NCBI GenBank assembly: GCA_030264375.1
Contig: JASCQW010000001.1
Span: 94,740,575 to 94,804,574 of the forward strand
Length of the DNA stretch: 64,000 nt
Direction of reading: 5' to 3'
Source: Carcharhinus longimanus
Lineage: Eukaryota
The notes beneath the pieces are model-generated. The model made no database searches and was not told where the DNA came from. It was given only the letters and a program-made list of their open reading frames with translations. The first letter of the stretch is position 1. Each line of letters opens with the position of its first letter. Both the position numbers and the translations under genes were made by a program. This document shows positions 1 to 12,129 of this stretch, in pieces.

Positions 1-110
1 AATTTGCCCAGCTTGCTGTGTGCTTGATTGGTTGCCATGTTTTCCCACATTACATTGACTGCACATCAGAAACAATCTGTTAGTTGTCAGGTATTTTACA
101 ATGTGATAGA
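1..110 (+). mobile_element. DeuSINE (SacSINE1-like) 3' fragment
   Basis: cttgctgtgtgcttgattggttgccatgttttcccacattac resembles the recalled Deu-domain consensus and the copy near 43940-44030. Confidence 0.5.
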
Positions 111-901
111 AAAATAAAACATGAAGTGAACCAGAAATTTAAGGAGACAGGAGAAGCTGAAGTTATTTCTCTTACATCAGTGAGGTTTATCAGGACATTT
201 GATGGACATGTTTAAAATCATGCAAGGGTTTTTTTAAAAAAAAATACTCCATTGTGGAGAATGGGCCAGGCAAAAAACAAATCATCTTGCTCCAAAAAAC
301 AAATTCAAATTGAATCCAATTCATGGTACCCACAAGAGAGACAAGTTTTCAGTCAACTTTTTTAGTTTAATTTTGGGAATTTATTTTTTCTCTTCTCCTT
401 AAGGCCTCAGTCTGCTTTACCTCTAACGATGCAGATTTAATTGCACAAAACTAGTGATACGATTTGTCTATCCCTTTCCTCTGAAGAAATGCTTGGCCAG
501 CTTTGTTACAGAAAGAAACAAATACAGCCAACTCAGGAATTTGTCTTGGAAAAACCTGTGTTCACCTTCACCATTACTAGAAAGGCTAGCATTTATTGCC
601 CATTCTTTGTTGCCCTTGAGAGAGAGAGGGTGGTTGTAGATTTTTTTTTGTGTTACTGTTGTCCATTTGGTGAAAACAGTCAATGCTGTTGTGTATCTAT
701 TTACACATATTGGCCCAGTGAGAATGAAAGAAAGGAAAATGTACGACCAAGCCTCAGTTTGTTACTTGGAGAAGAAGTTTTGAGGTGATAGTGTTTCACT
801 ACCGGCAGAAGTTGTGGGTTTGAAAGGTTGTTAAAGAAGCCACCCCCAAGATTTAACAATAATATTTCTATTAATGTGGTGATACTGTGCTGTTTTGATA
901 T

Positions 902-970
902 AAGAACATAATAAGAACATAAGAAATAGGAGCAGGAGTAGGCCATCTAGCCCTTCGAGCCTGCCCCGCC
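902..970 (-). mobile_element. Young CR1 (HER1-like) LINE 3' end running into an assembly gap
   Basis: aagaacataagaaataggagcaggagtaggccat...cccttcgagcctgccccgcc is the reverse complement of the CR1 3' terminal stem and microsatellite tail. CpGs are retained. Confidence 0.75.
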
Positions 971-1209
971 NNNNNNNNNNNNNNNNNNNNNNNNNNNNNN
1001 NNNNNNNNNNNNNNNNNNNNNNNNNNNNNNNNNNNNNNNNNNNNNNNNNNNNNNNNNNNNNNNNNNNNNNNNNNNNNNNNNNNNNNNNNNNNNNNNNNNN
1101 NNNNNNNNNNNNNNNNNNNNNNNNNNNNNNNNNNNNNNNNNNNNNNNNNNNNNNNNNNNNNNNNNNNNNNNNNNNNNNNNNNNNNNNNNNNNNNNNNNNN
1201 NNNNNNNNN

Positions 1210-1801
1210 GTATTACTTTGTAGCATTAATGGATCTTTTATTTAGGTTCTCTTGGGATCTTAGATTAGGTATGCAGCATCATGTGAGTTTTGATTATGTT
1301 GACTGGAATGGAGTCATGTGATTAATGGGTGGAGCTCAGCTTGCAGGAGAGCCCAGTTTCATTTTTATTTCAACATACAAGTAGTTGCCACCTGGTCCTG
1401 CTAGAAGAAACCGTGCGCTTTCTTTCTGTCTCGTTCCCTGGAAGTGTTCTGAAAGTTCCAAGCCTGGTAACCTAAGTCAAAGCATGAATGCCTGTGGTTT
1501 GCTAACTAATTTTAAAGAGAGGTTTGAGTCAGAGAAATATTACGTGATTGGAACTCGTAGTGATAAATTAGCAGTTAAGAATCATATCTTGTCATGTTTA
1601 AGTATTGTTCAGTTGTTAAAGGTTGATGTAATTTATGGTTACAGTTGAACTGTATTAAATAAAATTTATTTTAATAAGTTGTCAATAGAATTGTGCATGG
1701 AGTGAAGCATTTTATCCTCACACTAATACCAAATAGAAAATTGTTAGGGCTTAGTCTGGCTTCATACTATACCTTGGAGTTTCTGATCTGGTACCCTAAC
1801 A
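1210..1801 (+). mobile_element. Probable solo LTR (Gypsy-like)
   Basis: About 590 bp ending ...ctggtaccctaaCA, with an internal AATAAA near 1658. LINE sequence resumes abruptly at 1802. The 5' TG and the target site duplication are hidden by the gap. Confidence 0.45.
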
Positions 1802-2349
1802 GTGGTTAGACTTGTTGGAGTGGTCCTTGTCTGGTGCTTGTGTGGTATGAAAATTACTTCTCACTTACCAATGTAGGATGTTCCATTGTGAGAAATTACA
1901 GATAGAGCCACTGTTGTCAAGGTCCATAACGGTTACTGTACTCATTGTTTTCAGTTCTTTCTTATATCAGTTGAAATTAATTAAACTGGTGAAAGCTTGT
2001 AATTGTGGTGGAGGAGACCTCGGGAAGAGGCCACTATGGCTCATCCACTGACTGTAGACCTCTGATCTGTTCGTTGTGGAATTGCCTGATGCCCTGCTTT
2101 CACTATTCAGCCTATGTGTGAATTTTTGTAGTTTCAAAGTTGGTTCATTTTAAGCTATGTATGGTGCTACTCCTGGCATGCTCTTTCACATTCCACATTG
2201 AAGCAGGCTTAGTCACCTGATTTGATGGTAGTAGCAGAGTAGGGATATACTAAGCCATGAGATTGGTGGAATGCAGTACTGATAATTGTCCACACCTCAT
2301 AGATACCCAGTTTTAAGTTTAAACTTTTTTTACATGTATCCTATTTAGC
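1802..2349 (-). mobile_element. Old LINE (CR1/L2 group) internal fragment
   Basis: Shares gcttgtgtggtatgaaaattacttctcactt with 3617-3647 (cacttgtgtggcatgaatattacttgccactt). Heavily decayed. Confidence 0.5.
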
Positions 2350-3215
2350 ATAGAACATTACAGCACAGTACAGGCCCTTCAGCCCTCAATGTTGTGCCAA
2401 TCCTAAGATCAAGCTATCCCATTCCCTATAATTCTGGTGTGCTCCATGAGCCTATCCAAAAACCACTTGAAAGTTCTTAAGTGTCCGACTCTACTATCAC
2501 AGCATGCAGTCTATTCCACACCCCAACCACTCAGAGTGAAAAATCTATCTCGGACATCCCTCCTATTTCTCCCACCATGAACGTTATAGTTATGCCCCCT
2601 AGTAACAGCTACGTCCACCCGAGGAAATAATCTCTGCACGTCCACTTTATCATCTTATAAACCTCTTTTGTCACCTCTCATTCTCCTCCGCTCCAAAGAG
2701 AAAAGCCCCAGCTCCCTCAACCTTTCCTCATAAGACTTGCCCTCCAAACCAGGCAGCATCCTGGTAACTCTCCTCTGCACTCTCTCCAATGCTTCCACAT
2801 CCTTCTTATAGCGAGGTGACTAGAACTGAACACAATATTCCAAATGTGATCTCTCCAACGTCTGGTACAGCTGCAGCACAACCCCACGGCTCTCAAACTC
2901 AAACCCCCCTGTTAATAAATGCTGACACTCTATAAGCCTTCTTCACAGCTCTATTCACTTGAGTGGCAACCTTCAGAGATCTGTGGATCTCTGTTCCTCA
3001 GAACCCTGCTGTTGACCCTGTAATCTGCATTTCAAGTTTGTCCTATGAATGAATCACCTCACACTTATCAGGGTTAAATTCCATCTGCCACTTTTTGCCC
3101 AGCTCTGCATCCTGTCAATGTCTCTTTGCAGTCTGCAAGAGCCCTCCACCTCATCCACTACTCCACCAATCTTGGTGTCATCAGCAAATTTACTACCCAC
3201 CCTTCAGCCCCTTCT
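2350..3215 (-). mobile_element. CR1 LINE, 5'-truncated (RT C-terminus plus 3' UTR)
   Basis: Tail catagaacattacagcacagtacaggcccttc. The minus strand encodes decayed [31 protein letters not shown], and ORF 2717..2902 is its off-frame reading. Confidence 0.85.
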
Positions 3216-3224
3216 TTCACGTCA

Positions 3225-4100
3225 TTGGAGAGTATTCCATTACACTCCTTAGATGGCGGACATTTGTTGCCCATCCCTAGTTGCTCTTGAGAAGGTTGTG
3301 GTGAGCCACTTTCTTGAACCACATCAGTCCATGATACACCCACAGTGCTGTTGAGGAGGGAATTCCAGGATTTTGACCCAGCGACAGTGAAGGAATGGCT
3401 TTGGAGAGTCAGAATATGAGTTACTCTCTGCAAGATTCCCAGCCTCTGACCCGTTCTTGTCAAATACAACCTGCTTGTATTTACATGGCTGATTCAGTTC
3501 ACTTTCTGGTCAATTGTAACTCTCAGGATTTTGACAGCAGGGGGTTCAATGATGTAATGCCATTAAATGCCAAGGGGTGATAAATTCCCTTTTGTTTGAG
3601 ATAGTCATTGCCTGACACTTGTGTGGCATGAATATTACTTGCCACTTGTCAGTCCAAGCCAGGATATAGTCCAGATCTTGCACATTTGTATATGGATTGT
3701 TTTGGTATCTAAGGAGCCTTGATTGGTGTTGAACATTGTGCAGTCATCAGTGACCAGCCCCACTTCTGACCTTATGATGGAAGGAGGTCATTGATGAAGC
3801 AGCTGAAGATGGTTGTTTCCTTTGTACCTCCAACCAGTGGAGAGTTTGCTCTAATGTTGCTAGGGTCCTTGATGCCATACTCGGTCAAATGTGGCATTGA
3901 TGTTAAGGGCAGTCTTCTCACCTCACCTCTCGCATTCAACTGTTTTATCCTTGTTCGAACCAAGGCTGTAATGAGGCAGGTCACCCTGCTGAAATCCAAA
4001 CTTGAGAATCAGTGAGCAAGTTATTGTTGAGTAAATGCTTCTTGATAGCACCATTGATGACCTCTTCCATCACTTTACAGGTGATCAAGAGTAGACTCTG
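3225..4100 (-). mobile_element. LINE (CR1/L2 group) 3' portion whose tail is shared with a tRNA-headed SINE
   Basis: catttgttgcccatccctagttgctcttgagaagg tail. Minus-strand remnants such as SFTVAGSKSWNSL are typical of non-LTR RT C-termini. Confidence 0.65.
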
Positions 4101-4109
4101 TGGTTGGTT

Positions 4110-4400
4110 GTCCTTTAATACTCTGCACTTTTGTTCTGCATTTACACATTCCAATCTCTTAATGGGCTGCTATTAGCACCATTCTCAGCCTTTACTACCA
4201 TCATTTTCCATCCCTTTATCGTTTTGTCTATGACATTTTTGACAACTACATCCTCCCCACCCTTGCTGTATGAGTTTTGTCCTATTTTCTTTGTCTTCAG
4301 CTCTGACGAAGGATTATTCAGACTCAAAACATTGGCTCTATTCTCTTTCCACAGATGCTTTCAGACATTCTGAGATTTTCCAGCATTTTTTGTTTTTGAT
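4110..4400 (+). mobile_element. Penelope-like element pseudo-LTR with decayed hammerhead core
   Basis: ctctgacgaagg...gactcaaaacattggctc...ccacagatgct...ttttccagcatttt; the same family recurs at about 11950, 45030-45555, 52300 and 63470. Confidence 0.7.
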
Positions 4401-4713
4401 NNNNNNNNNNNNNNNNNNNNNNNNNNNNNNNNNNNNNNNNNNNNNNNNNNNNNNNNNNNNNNNNNNNNNNNNNNNNNNNNNNNNNNNNNNNNNNNNNNNN
4501 TCACCCAAATTAATATGATGGATAAAAGATGGAAAAAAAATCAGAGACAAATATATACAAACAGATTATCTCAATCAATGATTCATCTTGATAAAGGAGA
4601 ATTGTTTTCTCCCATTAACTTGGGCAGAATGATATCTCAGAATATCAGTAAAATGATTAAAGATGCTTTGCAGGTATCCTTTTTTCATTCACGAGATGTG
4701 GGTGTCACTGGTT

Positions 4714-5025
4714 GTAAAGTAAAGTTTATTTATTTGTCACAAGTAGGTTTACATTAACACTGCAACAAAGTTACTGTGAAAAGCCTCTGATCGCCACACT
4801 CCGTCGCATGTTCGGGTACACTGAGGGAGAATTTAGCATGGCCAATGCATCTAACCAGCACATCTTTCAGACTGTGAGAGGAAACTGGAGCACCCGGAGG
4901 AAATCCATGCAAACACAGGGAGAATGTGCAAACTCCAGACAAATAGTGACCCAAGCTGGGAATCGAACTCGGGTCCCTGGCACTGTGAAGCAGCAGTGCT
5001 AATCATTGTGTCACCATTCTGCCCC
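4714..5025 (-). mobile_element. tRNA-derived V-SINE (HE1-type head and body, atypical tail), nested inside another SINE
   Basis: The minus strand reads gggcagaatggtgacacaatgattagcactgctgcttcacag...gagttcgattccc (A and B boxes), then the V-domain-like gtttcctccgggtgctccagtttcctc. It interrupts the host SINE at 4713/5026. Confidence 0.85.
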
Positions 5026-5310
5026 AGGGACAGCATTTATTGCCCATCCCAACCTCATTGTGAGCTTAGGGTCACGTATAGGCCAGACTAGGTAAGAATG
5101 ACAGATTTCCTTCCCTCAAGAACATTAGTGAACCAGATAGGGTTTTTTTTACAACAATTGATAAAGATTTCAGGATTATCATTAGACTTTTAATTCCTGA
5201 TATTTTTCATTATTTGCCATGGTGAGATTTGAATCCAGGTCCCCAGAGCATTACCCTGGGTCACTGGATCACTGGGCCAATGACAATATCGCTATGCCAC
5301 CGTCTCCCCA
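5026..5310 (-). mobile_element. tRNA-headed SINE (MER131-like from memory), split by the V-SINE
   Basis: Minus-strand head ggggagacggtggcatagcg...ggattcaaatctcaccatggc and body ggttcactaatgttcttgagggaaggaaatctg. The tail continues at 4680-4713. Confidence 0.65.
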
Positions 5311-5597
5311 TATATAGAGTTTCATGACCTCAAATTGTCCTAAAGTGATTCTCAGCTAATCACATTTTTACTATTGTAAAATAGGGAAATATGGCAAGCA
5401 ATTTGTACATGGTGATTTCCCAGAAATAGCAGTGAGGTAAATAACTAGAACACATATTTTTTCCATTGCGGACAAAGGTGAGCAATGTCGTCAGGAAAAC
5501 TCTTCATCTTTAGATTGATGGAGGGTAGTAGGATCTTTTACATTGGTCTGACCAGGAGGGATGCCCCAATCTAGCTTGTTAAATGGAATTTTTTTTT

Positions 5598-5940
5598 AAA
5601 TTTATTCATTCATGGGACATGCGCGTTGCTGGCTGGCTGGTATTTATTGCCCATCCCTAGTTGCCTGTGAGCATTTGAGAGTCAACCACATTGCTGTAGC
5701 TCTGGGGTCACGTGTAAGCCAGACTGGGTAAGGACAGCAGATTTTCTTCCCTAAAGGACATTAATGAACCAGATGACAATGGTTTCATGACCATCAGTGG
5801 ACCTTTAATTCCAGATTTTTTTATTAAATTCAAATTCCACTATCTGCAGTGGTGGGATTTGAACTTTGGTCCCCAGAACATTAGCTGAGTTTCTGGATTA
5901 ATAGTCCAAACGATAATACCACTAGGCTATTGCTTCTCCT
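5598..5940 (-). mobile_element. Near full-length copy of the same tRNA-headed SINE family
   Basis: Collinear with 4680-5310 and with the opposite-strand copy at about 24330-24640. Further copies lie at about 10750-10990, 35990-36250 and 58730-58990. Confidence 0.7.
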
Positions 5941-6483
5941 TTGGCATCACAGACGATGAGGCCCTGAAATGTAAACCTTGATTAGCTGCCCTGATGCAGA
6001 CCTAAATGCACAAACTTTCCAGATGAGTGTTCTAACGTGGAACCATGCAGAGATAGCTCTTATCTGACATTTTATCCTGAAGATGGCACCTTTGGGAGTG
6101 CAACACCCCTTTGTGCTGCACCCAGGTGAAAGCCTGGATTATCTACTCAAAACCAAAACCTTTCCACTCTGAGGTAAGAGTACCAACACTCAGAGAAGGC
6201 TGATTGAAGTTTTAAAAGTTTCAAAGGAGTGATTCCAGGACGCTTTTCTTCTAATGGTGTGAAGGGAGCTGGGTGGGGGAGAGAGCAGTGGAGAGAATGT
6301 TGGTTGTTTGAACTTTCAAGGAGCATAGTTTGGCGGACAGGGCTGCAGAGTTTACATTCTGTCTTTGTCACCACTTCCTGAGCATACAGCATCCTCACTA
6401 ACAGCAGGATAGCGGAATCACACAGTATAGACCAAAGCCATATGTCAATGATAGTGGTGGTCACAGGTCATTCAGAAGAATGT

Positions 6484-6798
6484 GGGCTGGCACAGTGGTT
6501 AGCTTTGCTGCCTCACAGCACCAGGGACCTGGGTTTGATTCCTGGCTTGGGTCACTGTCTGTGTGGAGATTGCGCGTTCTCCCTGTGTCTGTATGTGTTT
6601 TCTCTGGGTCTTCTGGTTTCCTCCCACAGTCCAAAGATGTGCATGTTAGGTGGATTAGCCATGCTCAATTGCCTATTAGTGTCAAGGGGACTAACAAGGT
6701 TAAATACATGGGGTTATGGAAATAGTCTGGGTGGGATTGTAGTCAGTGCAGATCCGATGGGCCGAGTGGCCTCCTGCACTGTAGGATTCTATGATTCC
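6484..6798 (+). mobile_element. HE1 SINE (V-SINE, CR1-derived tail)
   Basis: tggcacagtggttagc (A box), gggtttgattcc (B box), V-domain ggtttcctcccacagtccaaagatgtgc, and tail gggccgagtggcctcctgcactgtaggattctatgattc. Confidence 0.9.
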
Positions 6799-6799
6799 A

Positions 6800-7140
6800 A
6801 ATTGAAACATACAAGATCCTGGGGGACTTGACAGAGTGGATGCTAAGAGAGTGTTTTCCCTTGTGGGAGAGATGAGAACTGGGGGGAAAAGTTTAAAAAA
6901 TAAGGGGTTTCCCATTTATGGGATATGAGAATAATTTTCACTTGAGCTCTTTGGTCTGTGGAATTCTCTTCCCCGGAGAACAGTGAAGATAGGATAATTG
7001 AATATTTTTAAGGCTTGAATTAAATAGATTCTTGATTGGCAAACGAGTCAAAAGGTATAATGGGTAGACAGGAAAGTGGAGATAAGACCACACAGGCTCA
7101 AGGGCTCAAATAGGCCACTACTCCTAATTTGTATGCTTGT
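6800..7140 (+). mobile_element. CR1 LINE 3' fragment
   Basis: gggggacttgacagagtggatgct...tgtggaattctcttccc...taaatagattcttgattggcaa...ggcc...ctcctaattt is the typical CR1 3' end. Confidence 0.75.
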
Positions 7141-7202
7141 AAGTACCTCATGGTGTCCCACTACTGTTTAGCCCTAATTCCATCCTATTTCTCATCTGTA
7201 CC

Positions 7203-9795
7203 TTGGTCAGGGATGTCTTGGTGCCACTGCAGGGCATTCTAGAGGGGGATAGTGAACAGCCAACAGTCCTCGTGCATTTAGGCACCAACAATATATTTAA
7301 AAAATGGGATGAGATCCTACAAGCTGAACGTAGGAAGTTAGGAATTAAACTAAAAAATAGGACCTCAAAGATAGTAATCTCAGGATTACTACCAGTATCA
7401 CGTGCTAGTCAGAGTAGAAATGTCAGGATAGCAAAGATGAATACATGCTTGAGGAAGGGATTCAAATTCCTGGGACGTTGGAACCAGTTCTGGGAGAGGT
7501 GGGACCAATACAAATAGGTTAGTCTGCACCTGGGCAGGACTGGAACCAATGTCCTTTGGGTGGGTGGGGGTAATGTTTGTGCTGTTGGGGAAGATTTGAA
7601 CTGATTCAGGAAGTTAGAGGGAAGTAAAGTGGGGACAGAAATAGAAGGTGGAGAAATCAAAAAAGGCTGCAGTACCAAGTACAGAAACTATGGAGAATTC
7701 AGTGAATGGGTCCAGTAAGGCTAAGAGAAATAAAAGCAAATTACTGTGGATGCTGGAATCTGAAACCAAAAGAGAAATAAAACACCAGGAGAGTGTACAA
7801 AACATGACAGGACAGATGGTCTGTGTGTGTTCTTTAGCGCACAGACTATGACAGGTAAGGCGGATGAACTGTAAGCTTGGATTGTGAGCTTAGTGCCAAA
7901 GAAGAAGGAAGCACAACACATTTCAGGAAATTGAAAACTAATAAGGCTCTTCAGGAATACAAAGAAAACGGGGAAGAGCTTAAGCAGGGACTTTGGAAGA
8001 CTAAAAGTGGCCATGAAATGTCCTTGGCAGGCAGAATTAAGGAGAATCCCGAGGCTTTTTATACATGGGTAAGAAGGTAGAGGGTAGCTAAGGAAAGGAT
8101 GAGTGCATTGAACGAGGACAGTGCAGGGAATTTGTGTGCAGAGCCAAATGAGGTGGGTGAGGTCCTTCATGAGTACTTTGCATCAGTATTCACAAAGGAG
8201 AAGGATCGGGAATTTAGAAAGGAGGATGTTAACATTCTAGGACATTTTGAGATTTAAAAAAAGGAGGTATTGGAAAAACTTTAAGGTGGACAAATCTCCA
8301 GGGCCAAATAGGGTCTATCCCAGAATACTTAGAGAAGCGAGGGAAGAAATTGCTGAAGCCTTGGCCAAAATCTTTGCATCCTCTAGCTATGGGCAAGGTA
8401 CCAGAGAATTGGAGAGTAGCTAACATTGTTCCTCTGTCTCATCGCCACCTTGCCCTACTTAAACAATTCAGGAAATTACAGGCCTGTGGTGGGGAAATTA
8501 TTGGAGAAGATTCTTGTGGATAGGATGTACTTACATCTGGAAGAAAATAGGCTTATTAGTGGTAGGCAGCAAGGTTTGTGAAGGGGAGGTCTTGTTTCAC
8601 AAATTTGATTGACTTCTTTGAGGAAGTGACGAAAAAAAGTTGACCAGGGCAACAGATGTTGCATACATGGACTTGAGTAGAGTCCCTCATGGCAAGCTGA
8701 TGCAGAAGGTGCAGTCACACGGGATCCAAGGTGAGCTGGTAAGATGGATATAAAACTGGCTTGGATGTTAGTGTCATGATGTGAATATGCTGGCGTTGGA
8801 CTGGGGTAAACACAGTAAAAAGTCTGACAACACCAGGTTNNNNNNNNNNNNNNNNNNNNNNNNNNNNNNNNNNNNNNNNNNNNNNNNNNNNNNNNNNNNN
8901 NNNNNNNNNNNNNNNNNNNNNNNNNNNNNNNNNNNNNNNNNNNNNNNNNNNNNNNNNNNNNNNNNNNNNNNNNNNNNNNNNNNNNNNNNNNNNNNNNNNN
9001 NNNNNNNNNNNNNNNNNNNNNNNNNNNNNNNNNNNNNNNNNNNNNNNNNNNNNNNNNNNNNNNNNNNNNNNNNNNNNNNNNNNNNNNNNNNNNNNNNNNN
9101 NNNNNNAGAGGATCTAGACATGCATATTCACAGTTCCCTGAATGTGGCAACTCGGGTGGTCAAGAAGGCATATGGCATGCTGGCTTTCTTTGGTCAGGGT
9201 GTTTGAGTATAGGAATTGGAAAATCATGTTGCATCTGTATAAGACTTTGGTTAGGCTGCATTTGGAATATTGTGTACAGTTTTGGTTGTCATACTACCAG
9301 AAGGATGTTGTTGCATCGAAAAGAATTCAGAAGAGACTTAACCAGGATGTTGCTTGGTTTAGAGGATATGGACTATGAAGAAAGCTTGAATTGTTTTTAC
9401 TGGAGCGTTGGAGGATGAGTGAGGCCCTGATAGAGGTTTGCAAGATTATAAAAGGCTTGGATCGAGGCGATATTCAAGAGCCTTTCCCAAGGTTGAAGGG
9501 TCAGTTACCTGGGGGCATAGATTGAAAATGAGGGGGAAAGTTTCAAGAGACGTAAGGGGCAAGTTTTTCACATAGGGTAGTGAATACCTGGAATGTGCTG
9601 CCAGAGGAGGTGGTGGAAGCAGATTCTATAGGAGCGTTGAAGAGGCATCTGGATAGATACATGAATAGGCAGGGAATAGAAGGATATGGAGCATGTAGAG
9701 ACAAGAAAATATTAGATTTAGACAGGCACCTGTGTCAGCATAGACTTGGTGGGCCAGAAGGCTTGTTCCTGTGCTGTACTGTTATTTGTTCTTTG
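7203..9795 (+). mobile_element. Internally deleted CR1 LINE retaining ORF1 (SGNH esterase) and ORF2 (RT) remnants, with Penelope fragments inserted
   Basis: ORF 7203..7517 (EQPTVLVHLGTNNI...SKIVISGLLPV) matches the CR1 ORF1 esterase. ORF2 remnants include IKENPEAFY, DKSPGPNRVYPRILRE and LYKTLVRLHLEYCVQFW. The 3' tail lies at about 9740-9795. Stops and frameshifts occur throughout. Confidence 0.9.
8775..8839 (-). mobile_element. Young Penelope-like pseudo-LTR end inserted in CR1, continuing into a gap
   Basis: catgatgtgaatatgctggcgttggactggggtaaacacagtaaaaagtctgacaacaccaggtt is nearly the reverse complement of 29604-29668. Confidence 0.75.
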
Positions 9796-9849
9796 CTGCC
9801 CCTGAGTGATGTCATCCAAAAGCACACTGTTACTTTTCAAATTTACTGA

Positions 9850-10530
9850 CACGCAGCTCTACCTCACTGCTTTTCTTGAATCCTCCATTGTTACGAAATC
9901 ATTACTGAATCCCGTACTAGATGAGTGAAAATTTCCTTCAGTTAAATATTGGAAAGGATTAAACTATTGGCTTTGGCCCCTTCCCCTGTAACCCTCATTC
10001 AGGTAATTGTTGTCTCCGGACTTGACTGTTCCATTGTATTCTTGTGTTGACTCCTACATTCTTCCTCCTGTAAACTTGAGATCAACAAAAATAAACTGCT
10101 GACATGTCCCTTCTCGCTCCTAGTTCTGTGCTTGTTGACCTACCTTGCTTCCCAATAAAGCAACACTCCAGTTTTAAATCTTGTTTTCAAATCCCTCCAT
10201 GTCTGTCTTTCTCTCTGTATCATTGTAATCTTTGATGGCATCACCACCCTGCAGTCTTCTAATTCTTACCTCCTGACTCCTGGTTTTAATTGCCCCACCA
10301 TTGGCTACCTTGCCTTCAATTTCCTAGGCCCTCTGGATTTCTTTCCCGAAATTCCCCCTCCCCTCTACATATCAACCTTTTGAGATGCTCCTTAAACCTA
10401 CCTCTGACGAAGTGTTTTGTATTCTGCTCTAATGTCACCTGAGGCGTCTTGATGTGTACTTTTGCTTTACAACACTCATAACACCTTTGGATGCATTATA
10501 TTAAAAGTGCTATATAAATATGTTTTTGTT
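9850..10530 (+). mobile_element. Old L2 LINE 3' fragment
   Basis: ttttcaaatccctccatg...ctccttaaacctacctc...aaaagtgctatataaat is the typical L2 3' region. Confidence 0.6.
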
Positions 10531-12129
10531 GGCATAACGAGAAATGCTGATGTTGATCTGAGTATGACTGTCAGACTGTTGAATTGATGAGTATGGGATG
10601 GTTCTCCCAACTGTGAGATCAGTCCCCAGCTGTTGGTGAGGAGGACTTTTCAAGGTTGACTGGACTGCCTTTATGTTCAAGTCTGATGCATTGGTTAAAA
10701 CTGAGTGATTTGTCAGGCTTTTATTCTTGTACTACTACGTAGCAGTTTAATGCAAATGAGTGCTGTGCTAGGCTGTTTTAGAGGGCGGTTTAGAACCATC
10801 AGAATGTTGTGGGTCTGGAAATACGTAAGAGGCCAGACTGGCTAAGAACAATGGGTTTCCTTCCCTAACAAATGTTAGTGAACCATTTGGGGATTTGTTT
10901 TGCAGCGATCCAATAGATTTGTGGTCATGGTCACTGATACTAGCTTTTTATTCCTTTTTTCCTAACTGAATTTAGATGAACCAATTGCCAAGACAGTTTT
11001 CAAATTGACATCTCTTGAACAAGTTTAAATTTTGTATGCATCTGTTTTTATTTGGTTGGACCATGACTTGACAACATTGACCACTTTTGATGCATTATGT
11101 TGTTTTGCACAAGTTCGACTGAAGATTTTTGAGAATGTTTTGAAGAGTATGTAATGTAAATGTTCTTTCATGATGTAACAAAGAATAGGAGGAGATGTGG
11201 ACTATATGACCGCTCGGTATGAACTTGGCTGATATTTGACTTTGACTCCACTTTTGCCCACTCTTTATATCCTTGATTACCTGGGACCAAGAATCTGCCT
11301 ATCACCGTCATGAGTACATTCAACAACGGAGCATCCGCAACCCTCTTGTGTGGTGGTGTGGAGAATTCCTAAGATTCACAGCCCTTTGAACAAATTTGTC
11401 CTCATCTCAATCCTAAATAAATCAACCCTTTATCCTGAGACTGTTCCTCTCATCCCAGGAACAATGCATTGAGATGTGTGAACAGCTGTGTGATCTACCT
11501 GAAATAACCAAATACAGTTTAAGTGCCTCTTTTGTAATTGACATCTACATTATTTGTCCTATGTGATAATATATTGACCATTAGGATTTGTTTTGCTTTT
11601 AGATAAAAGTGGATTCTTTTTGTTTTATTGAGGTGGTAGTACTTGAGAGAATTATATTGTTGTATTGTATAGGAGTACATTAGGCAAAGAAATACAAAGA
11701 AATTAGGAGTACAAGGCAAAGAAATACTCAATAAATGGCAGGGCACTAGGGAGCTCAGAGGAATCTGATGGTGCTTGTCCACAAATTCCTGAAGGTGGCA
11801 GGACAAGTTCATAGGGTAGTTAGGAAGGGGTGGGGAACATGTGCTTTGTCGGTCATGATTTAAGTTATAACAGCAGTAAGGTTATGTTGGAGCTGTACAC
11901 AACTTTGGTTAGGGCACAGTGGAATACTGTGTGCTCAATTTAATTTAAAGAAAATAAAAATATTGCAAATGCTGCAAAAACTCTGTAGGTCTGACAGCAT
12001 CTGTTAATGTTTCAAGTCCATATGACTCTTCAGAGCTGTTTATGTTCAATTTAAAATCTGAACTTAAACACTTTTGATTGAGGAACAGAAATGAGTGATT
12101 TAGCCATTATTAAATTCAAAGACTTCACG

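Noticed and set aside
831-1226. Long ORFs spanning N runs (also 8476-9206, 29260-29703, 32073-32509, 39579-39968)
   Set aside because: They are open only because N codons contain no stops.
4296-4340. Further hammerhead-like motifs (also about 12005-12038 minus, 45085-45115, 45468-45505, 52303-52330)
   Set aside because: Catalytic core nucleotides are lost (e.g. CGAAAC to CAAAAC by CpG decay, or CUGA altered), so they are unlikely to be active.
6484-6560. tRNA-like A and B boxes (also at 4950-5025, 37220, 44691)
   Set aside because: These are SINE heads followed by SINE bodies and do not form complete cloverleaves, so they are not tRNA genes.
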